From: a virus
Length of the DNA stretch: 39,945 bases
Strand: one strand, 5' to 3'
IMG/VR virus record: IMGVR_UViG_3300047160_003852
Span: 1-39,945 of that record
Position 1 is the first letter of the stretch. Every line of letters starts with the position of its first letter. The translations under genes and the position numbers were made by a program. The notes beneath the pieces are model-generated. The model saw only the letters and a list, made by a program, of their open reading frames with translations, had not been told where the DNA came from and searched no databases. This document shows positions 15,717 to 23,938 of the stretch, piece after piece.

Positions 15717-16173
15717 TAGTTTGGCCTATCCATTTGCATTCCCTCTTGAGCATTCCCAGTAACAGGAGATCGACGCCGACCGAATGGCCTTCCCGGATCC
15801 GGCCCTCGGGAATGAACCCCAGATGGGCGGCGAATCGGATCGATGGCGCATTATCAGCGGCGATACTTACTCCTACCCGCCGCATGTTCCATTGAATGAA
15901 GGGAATCCGGAACGATTCGGCCAGAAAGGAGCGTGTTAGCCACCGCCTCCCTTCCGCTGCCGCAATGGACATTTCCACGCTGGCTTCCGGGTAATAGTGG
16001 TTATACACAGTTACAGCCGTAATTTCCAAGTCCTTTTCAAGGATCAGGCAACTGGCGGTTTCCCAATGACCCGGCCCAGCATTCAGGCGCGGAACAGCCC
16101 AGTCCAGCCCCCGAGCCCTTTGGTCCCCGATGATGCGCCAGGCTATAGCGTGCCCCCGTCGCTCATAACCCAG
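15685..16173 (-). CDS. GNAT-family N-acetyltransferase-like ORF; the only canonical start (TTG 16029) would truncate the fold, and the frame is open up to 16173
   Basis: C-terminal ...AAEGRRWLTRSF...RRVGVSIAADNAPSIRFAAHLGFIPEGRIREGHSVGVDLLLLGMLKRE fits the RimJ/RimL-like GNAT pattern (N-x-x-S-x-R-x-x-x-x-x-GF-x-x-EG). Upstream in-frame codons (..HAIAWRIIGDQRARGLDW..GHWETASCLILEKD) look like the missing N-terminal part. The ORF overlaps both neighbouring genes. Confidence 0.5.
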   Translation of the reverse strand: MGYERRGHAIAWRIIGDQRARGLDWAVPRLNAGPGHWETASCLILEKDLEITAVTVYNHYYPEASVEMSIAAAEGRRWLTRSFLAESFRIPFIQWNMRRVGVSIAADNAPSIRFAAHLGFIPEGRIREGHSVGVDLLLLGMLKRECKWIGQTNGKALRARCA

Positions 16174-17693
16174 TCAAAGGATAAAACCTGGACTTGAGAG
16201 CCGGTGGTTGCGATCTGCATATAAAGAGCTGCGGAGAAGCCTATCCCGTAGACCGTTTGCCATTCCTTCTGGACGGTCAGCCCCGAAGACCAAAGCCCAA
16301 CGCCCCATAAGGATGTCCCCCAGATCGCGCCACCCGGGCTGGAAAAAGTCGGCATCCCGGAAGGCAAGACCGTCTGGAAATCCAGGCTTATCCCAAGTGC
16401 CGGCGTAATCGCCCCGTCCGTCAGCATGATCGGGCGAAGCATGGTGAACCGCTTGTTCCGGTCCGTCCCGAAGTAATTGAACGCCGGCTCCATGCTACCG
16501 AAGATCTGGGAGCCGTTATCACTGCGACCTACGTCGGCCTGATAGGTAGCGCCATTGCCGCCATAAAATAGCTTATCGCCGCTGACCACGAAGCAGGCCG
16601 CGTTCCAGGGCGATTGCAAAAGCCCATAGGTACACCATGCCCCAGAAATCGTACTCTGAACATATTGATGGTATCGGCTGTTCGTGGTCTCTGGGACGTT
16701 GACGATGATCTTGTTGCCGAACGGGTAAACAACGCCCATCCAGCCATAATTGCCGGATGAGGCTGCCACGTCATTGTTCACAAGCTGCTGAATCTTGTAA
16801 CTGAGTGCATCCTTGGCTTGCTGGATACCGACCGAAATCACCCTTGCGACCGAAACAAGCCCATCCGAGCATATAATGATGGCATCGGCACCATACTTGA
16901 ACCAGCATCTGCGCCCGACCGGCTTGCCAAGCCGATATTGTCCGACAATGGCAAAGGTGGTCGATGATGCGGGGTCTGAGCCTTGATAGACGGCCAAGTC
17001 CCCTTCCGAACTCAGGAAGCCGATGTAATCATCAAAACTTGTCGCGCTGGACAGCGAGAAGGTCAGGATCGCAGCCAGAAATCCGCCGCGCGGGAATTGG
17101 GTGCTTACGTCCAGGGCGGTTGCGGCGCCCCCAACAGATTGCGTTCCAAGATACCAAGCCTTGGTCGTCCCGACTTCACAGAACCAAAGGCGATTTTTCC
17201 AGAGTTTGGGGCAGAACAGATTGGTGGTCGTAACGCCCGTTATTGCTGGACTGGACGCGCCATCTACCTTCACCCATGTCGCACCATCGTAATAGAGCGG
17301 CTTGTCTACCCCATTGCAGGCATAGAGAAACTGCCCGCCCGCAGTTCCGATATTGGTCGATTCCCAGCGTGCGTTGGTTAGGCCGGTTACAACTGCGGCC
17401 CCCACGGCTCCTGAAGATGTGCAGTCATAGACTGCCGTATTCGAGACCGCGAATAGATGTTCAACCCCACTCTTGTCATCATAGGGGATGAAACTTTCCA
17501 CCCAAGACGGAAGGCCGGTTGTGTAAGCTGTGGCGCCATTCCGAAGCTGGACAAAGGTCGGCTGGGGAAAGAAATTATCCAGAACCAGCGCGTCCGTCGG
17601 GGGCATTCCCGCCACGGAATCGACAGCGTTCAGGCCACCAATCGGCGCAGGCACCGATTGCGTCCTGCCGATGGCCGAACCGCGCTGTGCCAT
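16143..17693 (-). CDS. tail hub/nozzle-type structural protein (516 aa, beta-propeller-like composition)
   Basis: N-terminal ...PAPIGGLNAVDSVAGMPPTDALVLDNFFPQPTFVQLRNG... and recurring beta-strand blocks resemble podovirus tail tubular/stabilisation proteins. Position is between the adaptor-like and internal proteins. Confidence 0.5.
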   Translation of the reverse strand: MAQRGSAIGRTQSVPAPIGGLNAVDSVAGMPPTDALVLDNFFPQPTFVQLRNGATAYTTGLPSWVESFIPYDDKSGVEHLFAVSNTAVYDCTSSGAVGAAVVTGLTNARWESTNIGTAGGQFLYACNGVDKPLYYDGATWVKVDGASSPAITGVTTTNLFCPKLWKNRLWFCEVGTTKAWYLGTQSVGGAATALDVSTQFPRGGFLAAILTFSLSSATSFDDYIGFLSSEGDLAVYQGSDPASSTTFAIVGQYRLGKPVGRRCWFKYGADAIIICSDGLVSVARVISVGIQQAKDALSYKIQQLVNNDVAASSGNYGWMGVVYPFGNKIIVNVPETTNSRYHQYVQSTISGAWCTYGLLQSPWNAACFVVSGDKLFYGGNGATYQADVGRSDNGSQIFGSMEPAFNYFGTDRNKRFTMLRPIMLTDGAITPALGISLDFQTVLPSGMPTFSSPGGAIWGTSLWGVGLWSSGLTVQKEWQTVYGIGFSAALYMQIATTGSQVQVLSFDWVMSDGGTL

Positions 17694-17694
17694 T

Positions 17695-18642
17695 CTAGCT
17701 GTTCAACCCGCCATAGCCGGTATCGGGGATGTTGTCGTAATTCAGGAAGTGCAAGCCCGTGGCCACCGCATTCATCCGAAGATTGCGTGCAGCCCCACTG
17801 GTCGCAAGCTGGAAGTCCCTGGCTTCCTTCCATTGCTGCAATTCTTCGGCATAGTCGAATCCCTTGGCCCTCAGAAACCGCCATTTGATGCCCAATCTGA
17901 GGGTGTTTTCCGGCCATCGATAAAGGTCCGTGTCGGCGGCAAACCTACACACACCGCCGACAGCCGAACGCGCCACCCCATTTAAATCCGTACACCAGGC
18001 ATTCGAGACATATTCATAGGCGATCTGGTCAGTCTGGTTCGCGCCAGGAAGTGGCTGAATCTGCATCTGGTTCTGCACCACCCGAAACCGTATCCGAGGC
18101 CCAACCGGCGAAATCCCCGAGACGATGACTTCCCATTCCTGGGGAGAAAGCGGTCCCAACATCGGCCAGCGGAAGTTTCGATCCCAATAAGTTGCATTGA
18201 TGAAGGATCGAATATCTCCCGGCAACGGATAAAGGATTTGCCCGAATTGATAGGATGCGTTTGAATTGCTCGATGACGCCACCGCCGACATGGTGACGGA
18301 ATCAATTGTGGTCGAAAGTACCGTTGCAGATTGATAGACTCCGCCTCCGGCCACTCCGTATCCAGGCAAGATGCCGACCGTCGACGACATGGCCGTGATG
18401 ACCGGAGATCCCGCCGTCGTGGTCCCAGTGAAAGGACCAACAGGCAGCAAATTGAACGTATAAGTGGTGTTTAACTCAGGCCATCCGCCCCATTGGCCTT
18501 GAAGCTGAGAAAAGGTCTGGCCCTCCAGATTGGCGAGGGCCAGGAGTTGGGCGACTTGGGGGTCATTATTGCCTATCACCGAAATCGGCGCCGATAGGCT
18601 CAGTTCATTGCAGCAATCCTGGATCGTGGAAAGCAGCGACAT
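17695..18642 (-). CDS. tail/adaptor-type structural protein (315 aa)
   Basis: Synteny (immediately upstream of the hub-like gene, 1-nt spacing). The N-terminal helix MSLLSTIQDCCNELSLSAP...DPQVAQLLALANLEGQ is typical of phage adaptor/tail proteins. No specific family recognised. Confidence 0.45.
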   Translation of the reverse strand: MSLLSTIQDCCNELSLSAPISVIGNNDPQVAQLLALANLEGQTFSQLQGQWGGWPELNTTYTFNLLPVGPFTGTTTAGSPVITAMSSTVGILPGYGVAGGGVYQSATVLSTTIDSVTMSAVASSSNSNASYQFGQILYPLPGDIRSFINATYWDRNFRWPMLGPLSPQEWEVIVSGISPVGPRIRFRVVQNQMQIQPLPGANQTDQIAYEYVSNAWCTDLNGVARSAVGGVCRFAADTDLYRWPENTLRLGIKWRFLRAKGFDYAEELQQWKEARDFQLATSGAARNLRMNAVATGLHFLNYDNIPDTGYGGLNS

Positions 18643-19014
18643 TCATGCGCCCGCCATCACAATATAATTCAGTCCATCGATGCTGACGCAATCGGCTGCC
18701 TTCTTGGTGTTGAGACTGACACTGGCATTCAGCGAGCCGTTGTTGCATGTCCCGCCGACCGGAGGATAAATCAGCATCGTATTGTTGTCCCAATTGGCGA
18801 TGGTGAAGATGTCTCCAGGGTTTGTGCCGCTCGGAAGCCTGGCGCCGCTGTTACCGGGCGCAGTGGTGAAGACGCTTATATCGGCCGTTACACCGAATGA
18901 ATTCGTCTGGCTGCTAGAGCCTGTCGCAGTCAGATTATTGGCGACAACGCCCGTGATGTACTGGACGGCATTGCCCGCAATGCCTACCCCAACAAGATTA
19001 GCTGCCCGTGTCAT
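18643..19014 (-). CDS. small beta-rich structural-module protein (123 aa)
   Basis: Abuts the downstream gene and has a 4-nt overlap upstream. Gly/Thr/Asn/Ser-rich. Confidence 0.5.
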   Translation of the reverse strand: MTRAANLVGVGIAGNAVQYITGVVANNLTATGSSSQTNSFGVTADISVFTTAPGNSGARLPSGTNPGDIFTIANWDNNTMLIYPPVGGTCNNGSLNASVSLNTKKAADCVSIDGLNYIVMAGA

Positions 19015-19763
19015 GCTGCTTCGTCCTTTCTGGGGCGGCCGGGGCCGCGTTTGACAGTTGGAAGTGGCGCTTCCTCGAATATCTCACCCGGAAGTGGATC
19101 TGGGAAATTCTCGGCCAACGTCTGTTGCGTGATCTGGCCGCGGGCCGCCATCTTCTCGCCCATGGCGCGATTAAGGTCCGCCATCTGCTGCTTCATGGCC
19201 TCAAGTTCGCCTCTTAGGGCGTCGTTTTCGGCCAGCGCGCGCGAGACGCGCTTGGTCTTCTCATCGTCATTTCCCAGATAAGTCACGCAAAGCTCGCGTT
19301 CCTTGAATGCGCCCATTCCCAAGGTCTGGACGATACTGTCCGGAAGCGTCGAATACTGTTCTGCAGTATGGACGTTCTGGGCCTTTAGTTCCTTGACTCT
19401 GTGCGAGGCGATGAACTTGCACATTTCCAGCGGCGTCCCGTTTGGAACCTGTTCCTGCTGGGCTTTGAAGCGGCGATATTGTTCGGGAAAACGGTTGACA
19501 TGGGCCGGCCCATCCGGGGAATCCTGGAACGTGACTTGTTTGATAATGTCAGTCTTACCACCCGGGACGCTCATCCGGATCATTTCGATCTGCTTATAGA
19601 TTGCGCGGCCTTCCAGGGCGCTCTGAAACGGCTGGTATTCGTCGACAATGAAGAATTCCGCCGCAAGTCCACGATCCGAACCATGGCTGACAAAGGCCGT
19701 ATGCCCCGAAAACTGCCCAATCTTGGCTGCGCCGTCTGCGTCGAATGTCTGGTCGAAAACCAT
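19011..19763 (-). CDS. hypothetical structural-module protein with C-terminal AT-hook-like tail (250 aa)
   Basis: Central ...VPNGTPLEMCKFIASHRVKELKAQNVHTAEQYSTLPD (helix-hairpin-helix-like), a coiled-coil segment, and C-terminal KRGPGRPRK (GRP AT-hook core). Confidence 0.55.
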   Translation of the reverse strand: MVFDQTFDADGAAKIGQFSGHTAFVSHGSDRGLAAEFFIVDEYQPFQSALEGRAIYKQIEMIRMSVPGGKTDIIKQVTFQDSPDGPAHVNRFPEQYRRFKAQQEQVPNGTPLEMCKFIASHRVKELKAQNVHTAEQYSTLPDSIVQTLGMGAFKERELCVTYLGNDDEKTKRVSRALAENDALRGELEAMKQQMADLNRAMGEKMAARGQITQQTLAENFPDPLPGEIFEEAPLPTVKRGPGRPRKDEAA

Positions 19764-19771
19764 TTAGTCTC

Positions 19772-20926
19772 CTACGCCGTCATTTGGCTTGCGATTGCCT
19801 TGAGCAATCCGTCGCCGTGAACCACGACCTCACAGCCGGCATTTATGAAATCGGGCAGCATGATCTTAAAATCATCCGCCTGGCCAAGCAATTGGGGGGA
19901 AGTCCTGAAGGTGCGGCCTTCATAGGCCGCATCCACCGTCTTTTCATAGCCGCGCTGCTCGTAGGCATGAACCCGGTTCTCATAGGACGAATCAAGCCCG
20001 AACAGATGGAATTTCCGGTATCCAAGACCGTGGCCCAGAACCATGGCGCGGGAGGCCGCGGTTGATCCCCCTCCCACGATGTTGCGAAAGTTAACGTCCT
20101 TGATCGCCTTCATCCCTTCCCCGCCTGCGTGCCAGCAGACCAGGCTCGATCCAGCGGCGTCCAGAACGGATGGATTAACCTGTGACGCGTAATACCGGGT
20201 CATGCGGATATGCGGCGAAACGAATCGCAAGCATTCGGGAAGTGCGTCTAGCATTACATGGCCGTCCGGGGTGATTCCCTCCCGGAACAGATAATCCGCC
20301 ACCCCGTTGATTGCCCAGACCGTCGCTTCCCGGCTTAGAAGCGAGATGACGGGCAAATCCTCGGCTAGGCTCGGCGCTCCACCGCAGATAACCAGAATGC
20401 CATCGTGGGGTTCTACAGGCTCAAACCAACGGCAATTGAGACCCAGCGCATGGCGGATGTTCGCGCTCAGGTTTTCAAGGGGAACTGCGGGTATGAAGGA
20501 CATCTCTGCCGCCGTGCCACCCCCGATCTTGTAGACCTGTTGTGGCCAGCCGGGGATTTTCCCCGGATTATCGTCCGCAAAAACAACCACTTGGGCAGTT
20601 TTCGGGAACTCCCCGTTATAAAAAGCGCATTCGACGTTGCCTGATTTCAGGAGGCTATCCAGCCCCCGGACTATGCAGCACCCCAGCGGGAACATGATGG
20701 TTTCGCCGCGATCAGCCAACAAAGGCAGCTTGGTTATCCATGGGCCTAAGTCATCAGGCTCGTCCGTAAAGCAGATGAATCGGCCTTCGGTACCCTCGGG
20801 CAGATTCCTGGCGACCATATCGCGCAGGATTTCCACATCTGAGGCACCAAAGGCCGTCCCATCCCAGACGCAGCCGATGTCCAGCACAATCACACACCCG
20901 GTCCGACGTTGGGCCAGTTGAGCCAT
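19772..20926 (-). CDS. DUF115/MptE-like (Maf-type) domain protein with an extra ~150-aa N-terminal domain
   Basis: DGILVICGGAPSLAEDLPVISLL...VWAINGVADYLFREGITPDGHVMLDA ... GGGSTAASRAMVLGHGLGYRKFHLFGLDSSY fits the DUF115 pattern (GxGPSL ... N ... gI-PD ... D ... GGS ... G-x-D). The N-terminal part contains ...RFICFTDEPDD. Confidence 0.55.
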   Translation of the reverse strand: MAQLAQRRTGCVIVLDIGCVWDGTAFGASDVEILRDMVARNLPEGTEGRFICFTDEPDDLGPWITKLPLLADRGETIMFPLGCCIVRGLDSLLKSGNVECAFYNGEFPKTAQVVVFADDNPGKIPGWPQQVYKIGGGTAAEMSFIPAVPLENLSANIRHALGLNCRWFEPVEPHDGILVICGGAPSLAEDLPVISLLSREATVWAINGVADYLFREGITPDGHVMLDALPECLRFVSPHIRMTRYYASQVNPSVLDAAGSSLVCWHAGGEGMKAIKDVNFRNIVGGGSTAASRAMVLGHGLGYRKFHLFGLDSSYENRVHAYEQRGYEKTVDAAYEGRTFRTSPQLLGQADDFKIMLPDFINAGCEVVVHGDGLLKAIASQMTA

Positions 20927-21501
20927 ACCGGGATAACCGATCCGGTCGCCGTGGCGATGTTTGCCGAACGAATGCCGATGATGGTCCTAAGCACCGATGC
21001 CGTGGTCCTGACCCTGCCCGCCGTGACATTGGACACAAACAGCGGCGAGTTTGGCTGGGCCGTGATCGTCGCCCCCTTCAGCGCCACCGCGCGGCCATAG
21101 ACCATGAACCAGGTATACTGGACCGAAGTCGCATTCGACGCCACGGTATTGATGGCAAATGCCAGCGGGCAACCCGACTGAGCAGCGGCCGCAACCGTGG
21201 TCGATAGAACCACAATCGTGCCATCGCCCTTCCAGGTATAGGCCAAGCCTGGCGTTACCGTGGTTGAAGTCGGTACAGCCAGGAAGATGGCCTTCGCCGA
21301 ACCGCCATATGTTGCGTCATAAGAAAGCAGATCAGCCGTCTGGCCTAGCTGGGCTGCGATTACCGTTGCGGGAAGGGGAGTAATGCCTGGGGAGCCGATA
21401 TTGCCCGCCACATAAACGCCGGCCAGATCGGGAATGCCAATGACGTTACTGGCATATTTCCAGGTGGTGGCAGCCGGGAGGGTATAAGTCGTGATAGCCA
21501 T
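20890..21501 (-). CDS. beta-rich protein directly downstream of the major capsid gene (203 aa; possible decoration or capsid accessory protein)
   Basis: Starts 11 nt after the capsid stop. Thr/Ala/Val/Gly-rich. Confidence 0.45.
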   Translation of the reverse strand: MAITTYTLPAATTWKYASNVIGIPDLAGVYVAGNIGSPGITPLPATVIAAQLGQTADLLSYDATYGGSAKAIFLAVPTSTTVTPGLAYTWKGDGTIVVLSTTVAAAAQSGCPLAFAINTVASNATSVQYTWFMVYGRAVALKGATITAQPNSPLFVSNVTAGRVRTTASVLRTIIGIRSANIATATGSVIPVWLNWPNVGPGV

Positions 21502-21512
21502 GTTTGGTTCTC

Positions 21513-22493
21513 CTAGTTGCCGTTCAGGGTGCCCTGCAGGAAGCGATTCGAGGTCGTCATATTGCCGGCAAAACCGATCAATTTGACCATTGCGTCCTGA
21601 TTCACGGCATAGCGGTCATCGCCCAGAGGGACGAAATTCCTCGAGGCCGCGGGGCGGAAGAAAATATAGTTCGTGTTCAGCATGTACATAGTGTTCGTCG
21701 GACAACCGCCGCCAAACCCGCCGTCCAGAACCACATCGGCAGTCATGTATTTCAGGCTCTCGAAACCCGCCTGGGCCATTTCATCAGAAGCAATGCGCTG
21801 GATCGACTGCAGGCTTTCCATGTAAAGCCGGTAGTAATTATTGTCGGCCGGGATCAGGTCAACTTTGTCGTTGCCGCGCACCAGCTGGACCCAGAGCCGG
21901 TTCATGTAACTCAGGATATTGGCGGATGAGGCAGCCGCGCCGCCGTCCGTTACCGAGCGGTAGACCTTGTTCTGCCAGAAGGTATAGGTCGAAGCGTTGA
22001 TGCCGCCAACGGTGTTGGTATTGACCGCCGCAACCAGCGCCTGCAGACCTCCGATCTGGCGCCCGCCGTCTGCGGTGCCATCCGAGTAAATATCCACAGA
22101 AATGTTGTTCTGCATCGTGCGCTCGGCGTTCTTGATGCGTCCCGCCAAGAGCTTGATCGATGCCGCCTCGCCCGAGTTCTGGATCATCTCCAGACCGGAC
22201 ATGGAAACCGCTACCGCCGCCTGCGCATAATTATATTCGGCGTAAGTGAAGACGTCGGACGGTGAAATATCCAACTGCTCATAGCCGGAATAGCGCTTGT
22301 AGGTGCCGTTTTCGGCATACTCAAGTTCCTGCATGATGGTGCGGCCGCCATCGACCGTATCCACATTGCCTTTCTTGCGAAGGCGATTGAGCAGGGCGGT
22401 ATTTTTGGTGACGTTGTCCGCCGCTTTGCCGGTGCGCGACCGGAGCGTCGTGGCGACAATTTCGCCGGCGGTGACGGGGTTGTTCAAGGCCAT
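21513..22493 (-). CDS. major capsid protein (326 aa)
   Basis: Position directly after the scaffold-like gene, typical size, and the N-terminal pattern ...RSRTGKAADNVTKNTALLNRLRKKGNVDTVDGGRTIMQELEYAENGTYKRYSGYEQLD recalled from phage capsid families. The strongest-looking SD/spacing in the operon. Confidence 0.7.
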   Translation of the reverse strand: MALNNPVTAGEIVATTLRSRTGKAADNVTKNTALLNRLRKKGNVDTVDGGRTIMQELEYAENGTYKRYSGYEQLDISPSDVFTYAEYNYAQAAVAVSMSGLEMIQNSGEAASIKLLAGRIKNAERTMQNNISVDIYSDGTADGGRQIGGLQALVAAVNTNTVGGINASTYTFWQNKVYRSVTDGGAAASSANILSYMNRLWVQLVRGNDKVDLIPADNNYYRLYMESLQSIQRIASDEMAQAGFESLKYMTADVVLDGGFGGGCPTNTMYMLNTNYIFFRPAASRNFVPLGDDRYAVNQDAMVKLIGFAGNMTTSNRFLQGTLNGN

Positions 22494-22514
22494 CGGTCTA
22501 GTCCCTCTCTAGGG

Positions 22515-23609
22515 CTAGACGCGGCCTCGTATCTCAGCCAGCGCAGCCCGGATGTCGTCTTCGATGCTGCCGTGGGAGCCCGCACCATTTAGGGGCCTTG
22601 AAGACCCCGGGGCGCCGGTAACAGATACGGCAGCGTTCCTTGCTCTTTCGGTTTGAGCCCTTAGCTCCGAATTCCGCTTTTCCTGCGCTGCGTTGGACTG
22701 AGCAGCGATCAGACTGTTGCGGATTTCCGGGTCAGCCCAGATGGCCTTTTCGTAAGCCTCGTTGATGTCCTGGGCCTGCCCGCTTTCGAGAAGGACGCCC
22801 ATATGATAGCGAACCTTGTCGAAGTGCTCATGGCCAGGCTGAGACGAGAAGCTGTCGATATGGGCCAGAATGCCCTGGTCTTCCTGATTCCGAAGGTGAT
22901 TTTCCAGGCCCTGCAATCGCTCGTTCAAACCCCTGGTTTGCTGCTCATATTGAGCGTACCGCGGGTCTGAAGCGCCTTGCTGGTGGGCTAAGGACAAATC
23001 TACATTAAACTGTTGTGCTATGGCGTGCAAGGCCATTGATTTCTGAGCCGGCGTGCCCGTCCTGAGGACATATGCGGTCTGTAAGTAGTTCTCGTACGCC
23101 TTGTGAGGATCGGCACCCTCCGCTCGCATCATGGGAAGATAGGGAGTTGATGCCTCCATGACCTTACGCCCCAAATCCCGGGCCTCGTCATGGGCGAAAA
23201 GCTGTTTTGTCAGGGCTTCTTCGCGGCGCGTGGCTTCCTTTTGCGCCCATTCGGGCAGTTCACCCCATTTGGCCTTGGCTTCTCCGGTCCAGCCTTTTGG
23301 TGGATCGATGGCCGGGGCTGAAGCCGCTGCAGGTGTTTCAGCAGTAGTTTGTCCGATTTGCGCACCAGCTTTTACCCCTGCATCTTTCTCCGGGAGCGTT
23401 AGGGTCTCACGTTGCGGCTTGGCGTTCTTGGCGTTTTCTTCCGCTGATTTGGCAAAGCGGCCGGTTTCGTCGCGAGGCCGTTCCGGTCTGTCTAGGACAA
23501 TCTGAGGTTCGGGATCACCTTCCCCGCCCATAAGTTCATTTAAGGCGTTCTGGACATCGCCTGCAATGTCATCGACTTCGGCTTCTGGCGCGTCGCCTTC
23601 ATGGCTCAT
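22515..23609 (-). CDS. scaffolding protein (364 aa)
   Basis: Acidic N-terminus, long helical/charged Ala/Glu/Gln-rich sequence, located immediately upstream of the capsid gene. Confidence 0.65.
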   Translation of the reverse strand: MSHEGDAPEAEVDDIAGDVQNALNELMGGEGDPEPQIVLDRPERPRDETGRFAKSAEENAKNAKPQRETLTLPEKDAGVKAGAQIGQTTAETPAAASAPAIDPPKGWTGEAKAKWGELPEWAQKEATRREEALTKQLFAHDEARDLGRKVMEASTPYLPMMRAEGADPHKAYENYLQTAYVLRTGTPAQKSMALHAIAQQFNVDLSLAHQQGASDPRYAQYEQQTRGLNERLQGLENHLRNQEDQGILAHIDSFSSQPGHEHFDKVRYHMGVLLESGQAQDINEAYEKAIWADPEIRNSLIAAQSNAAQEKRNSELRAQTERARNAAVSVTGAPGSSRPLNGAGSHGSIEDDIRAALAEIRGRV

Positions 23610-23938
23610 CTTGAATCCCTCAATCGCTCGTAAACCTGGCGCACTTCGCGCTCTGTGACCTCTCGCCCATAATCCGCTTGCTGGGGTCGCCGTTCATTGC
23701 CGATTTCGATGTACCCATTGCGCTTCAGATATTCCCGGTGCTGACGCCTTCCCCCAATCTTGGGCAATTTCCCGCCAATCGCCACATCGCCTCCTACGGC
23801 CTGGTAGGGCTCAATATCCTTAATAATCTGAAGGCCACTTGCGGAAAAGGATCCATAATGGGACAGGCATTGGACAGGCCATGGCTCGCTCATGTCATGC
23901 CAGTCGCCGCAAATCTTGCAGAATCTCGAACGGCTCAC
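23606..23938 (-). CDS. hypothetical protein (110 aa)
   Basis: 4-nt overlaps on both sides. MSRSRFCKICGDWHD...IKDIEPYQAVGGDVAIGGKLPKIGGRRQHREYLKRNGYIEIG. Confidence 0.6.
   Translation of the reverse strand: MSRSRFCKICGDWHDMSEPWPVQCLSHYGSFSASGLQIIKDIEPYQAVGGDVAIGGKLPKIGGRRQHREYLKRNGYIEIGNERRPQQADYGREVTEREVRQVYERLRDSR

Noticed and set aside
16146-16173. Canonical -1 programmed frameshift site at the hub/GNAT overlap
   Set aside because: No X-XXY-YYZ heptamer is present in the hub frame (only the near-slippery C-GGG-GGC), and no obvious downstream pseudoknot was seen. The frameshift idea is therefore reported only as one of several hypotheses.
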